Source of the DNA: an uncultured Planctomycetaceae bacterium
GTDB taxonomy: Bacteria; Planctomycetota; Planctomycetia; Planctomycetales; Planctomycetaceae
Length of the DNA stretch: 64,000 nucleotides
Direction: 5' to 3'
NCBI GenBank assembly: GCA_963813715.1
Contig: CAWFAK010000013.1
Coordinates: 64,001 to 128,000, forward strand
Position numbers and translations under genes: made by a program. Below are positions 63,832-64,000 of this stretch, piece by piece. The notes under the pieces are model-generated. The model was not told the DNA's origin, ran no database searches, and saw only the letters and a list, made by a program, of their open reading frames with translations. The first letter of the stretch is position 1; each line of letters begins with the position of its first letter.

Positions 63832-64000
63832 GGTGTGTCTCTCGAGCGCGTCGTGCGAGTTCGAATCGAGCGGAATCGAAACTGGCCGAATCAAGATTCG
63901 CTCGCGGCCAGTCATCGTCGGCCGGGTCGACACGGAGTTGCCCGCCGTGACCAGTCGGCCTGAGCGCGGCAACGCCGTTCGTTTCGCCAGGCAGTGGGTC

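Noticed and set aside
1..64000. Many long overlapping or antisense ORFs (e.g. 7619-9667 minus, 56994-59255 plus, 45715-47175 plus, 16525-17556 plus)
   Set aside because: Shadow ORFs expected at high GC; they lie opposite or out of frame to genes with clear family motifs and have no motifs of their own

Overview
A GC-rich bacterial chromosomal segment, almost certainly from a planctomycete. It carries three DUF1501 genes, a DUF1553/PSCyt cytochrome, a DUF1559 prepilin-like gene, two PVC-type heme-binding CxxCH proteins and a DUF4159 protein. I see about 45 protein-coding genes and no rRNA, tRNA, CRISPR array, integrase or transposase. About 17 genes, including aceE, aceF, lpdA and hrpB, are split by small frameshifts, often at homopolymers. 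This pattern points to long-read assembly errors rather than real pseudogenes. Recognisable housekeeping content: hrpB, pyrB, an aceE-aceF-lpdA-lhgO operon, two YtrA/GntR-ABC operons and a PadR module, each regulator with a visible operator. The most interesting uncharacterised elements are: (1) an ExbB-ExbD-ExbD motor operon whose apparent TonB-like partner ends in a vWA/MIDAS domain; (2) a MoxR AAA+ ATPase paired with an atypical partner instead of a normal vWA protein; (3) a translationally coupled TPR-GT41 glycosyltransferase / GNAT / sugar aminotransferase trio; (4) a small-domain protein with four SPLELARxQG motifs on a disordered tail; (5) two tandem secreted Gly/Arg/Tyr-rich proteins behind a sigma54-like promoter; (6) a small PC4-like protein; and (7) heptamer and GTAG-REP-like intergenic repeats. 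All family assignments come from recognising motifs by eye, not from database searches.
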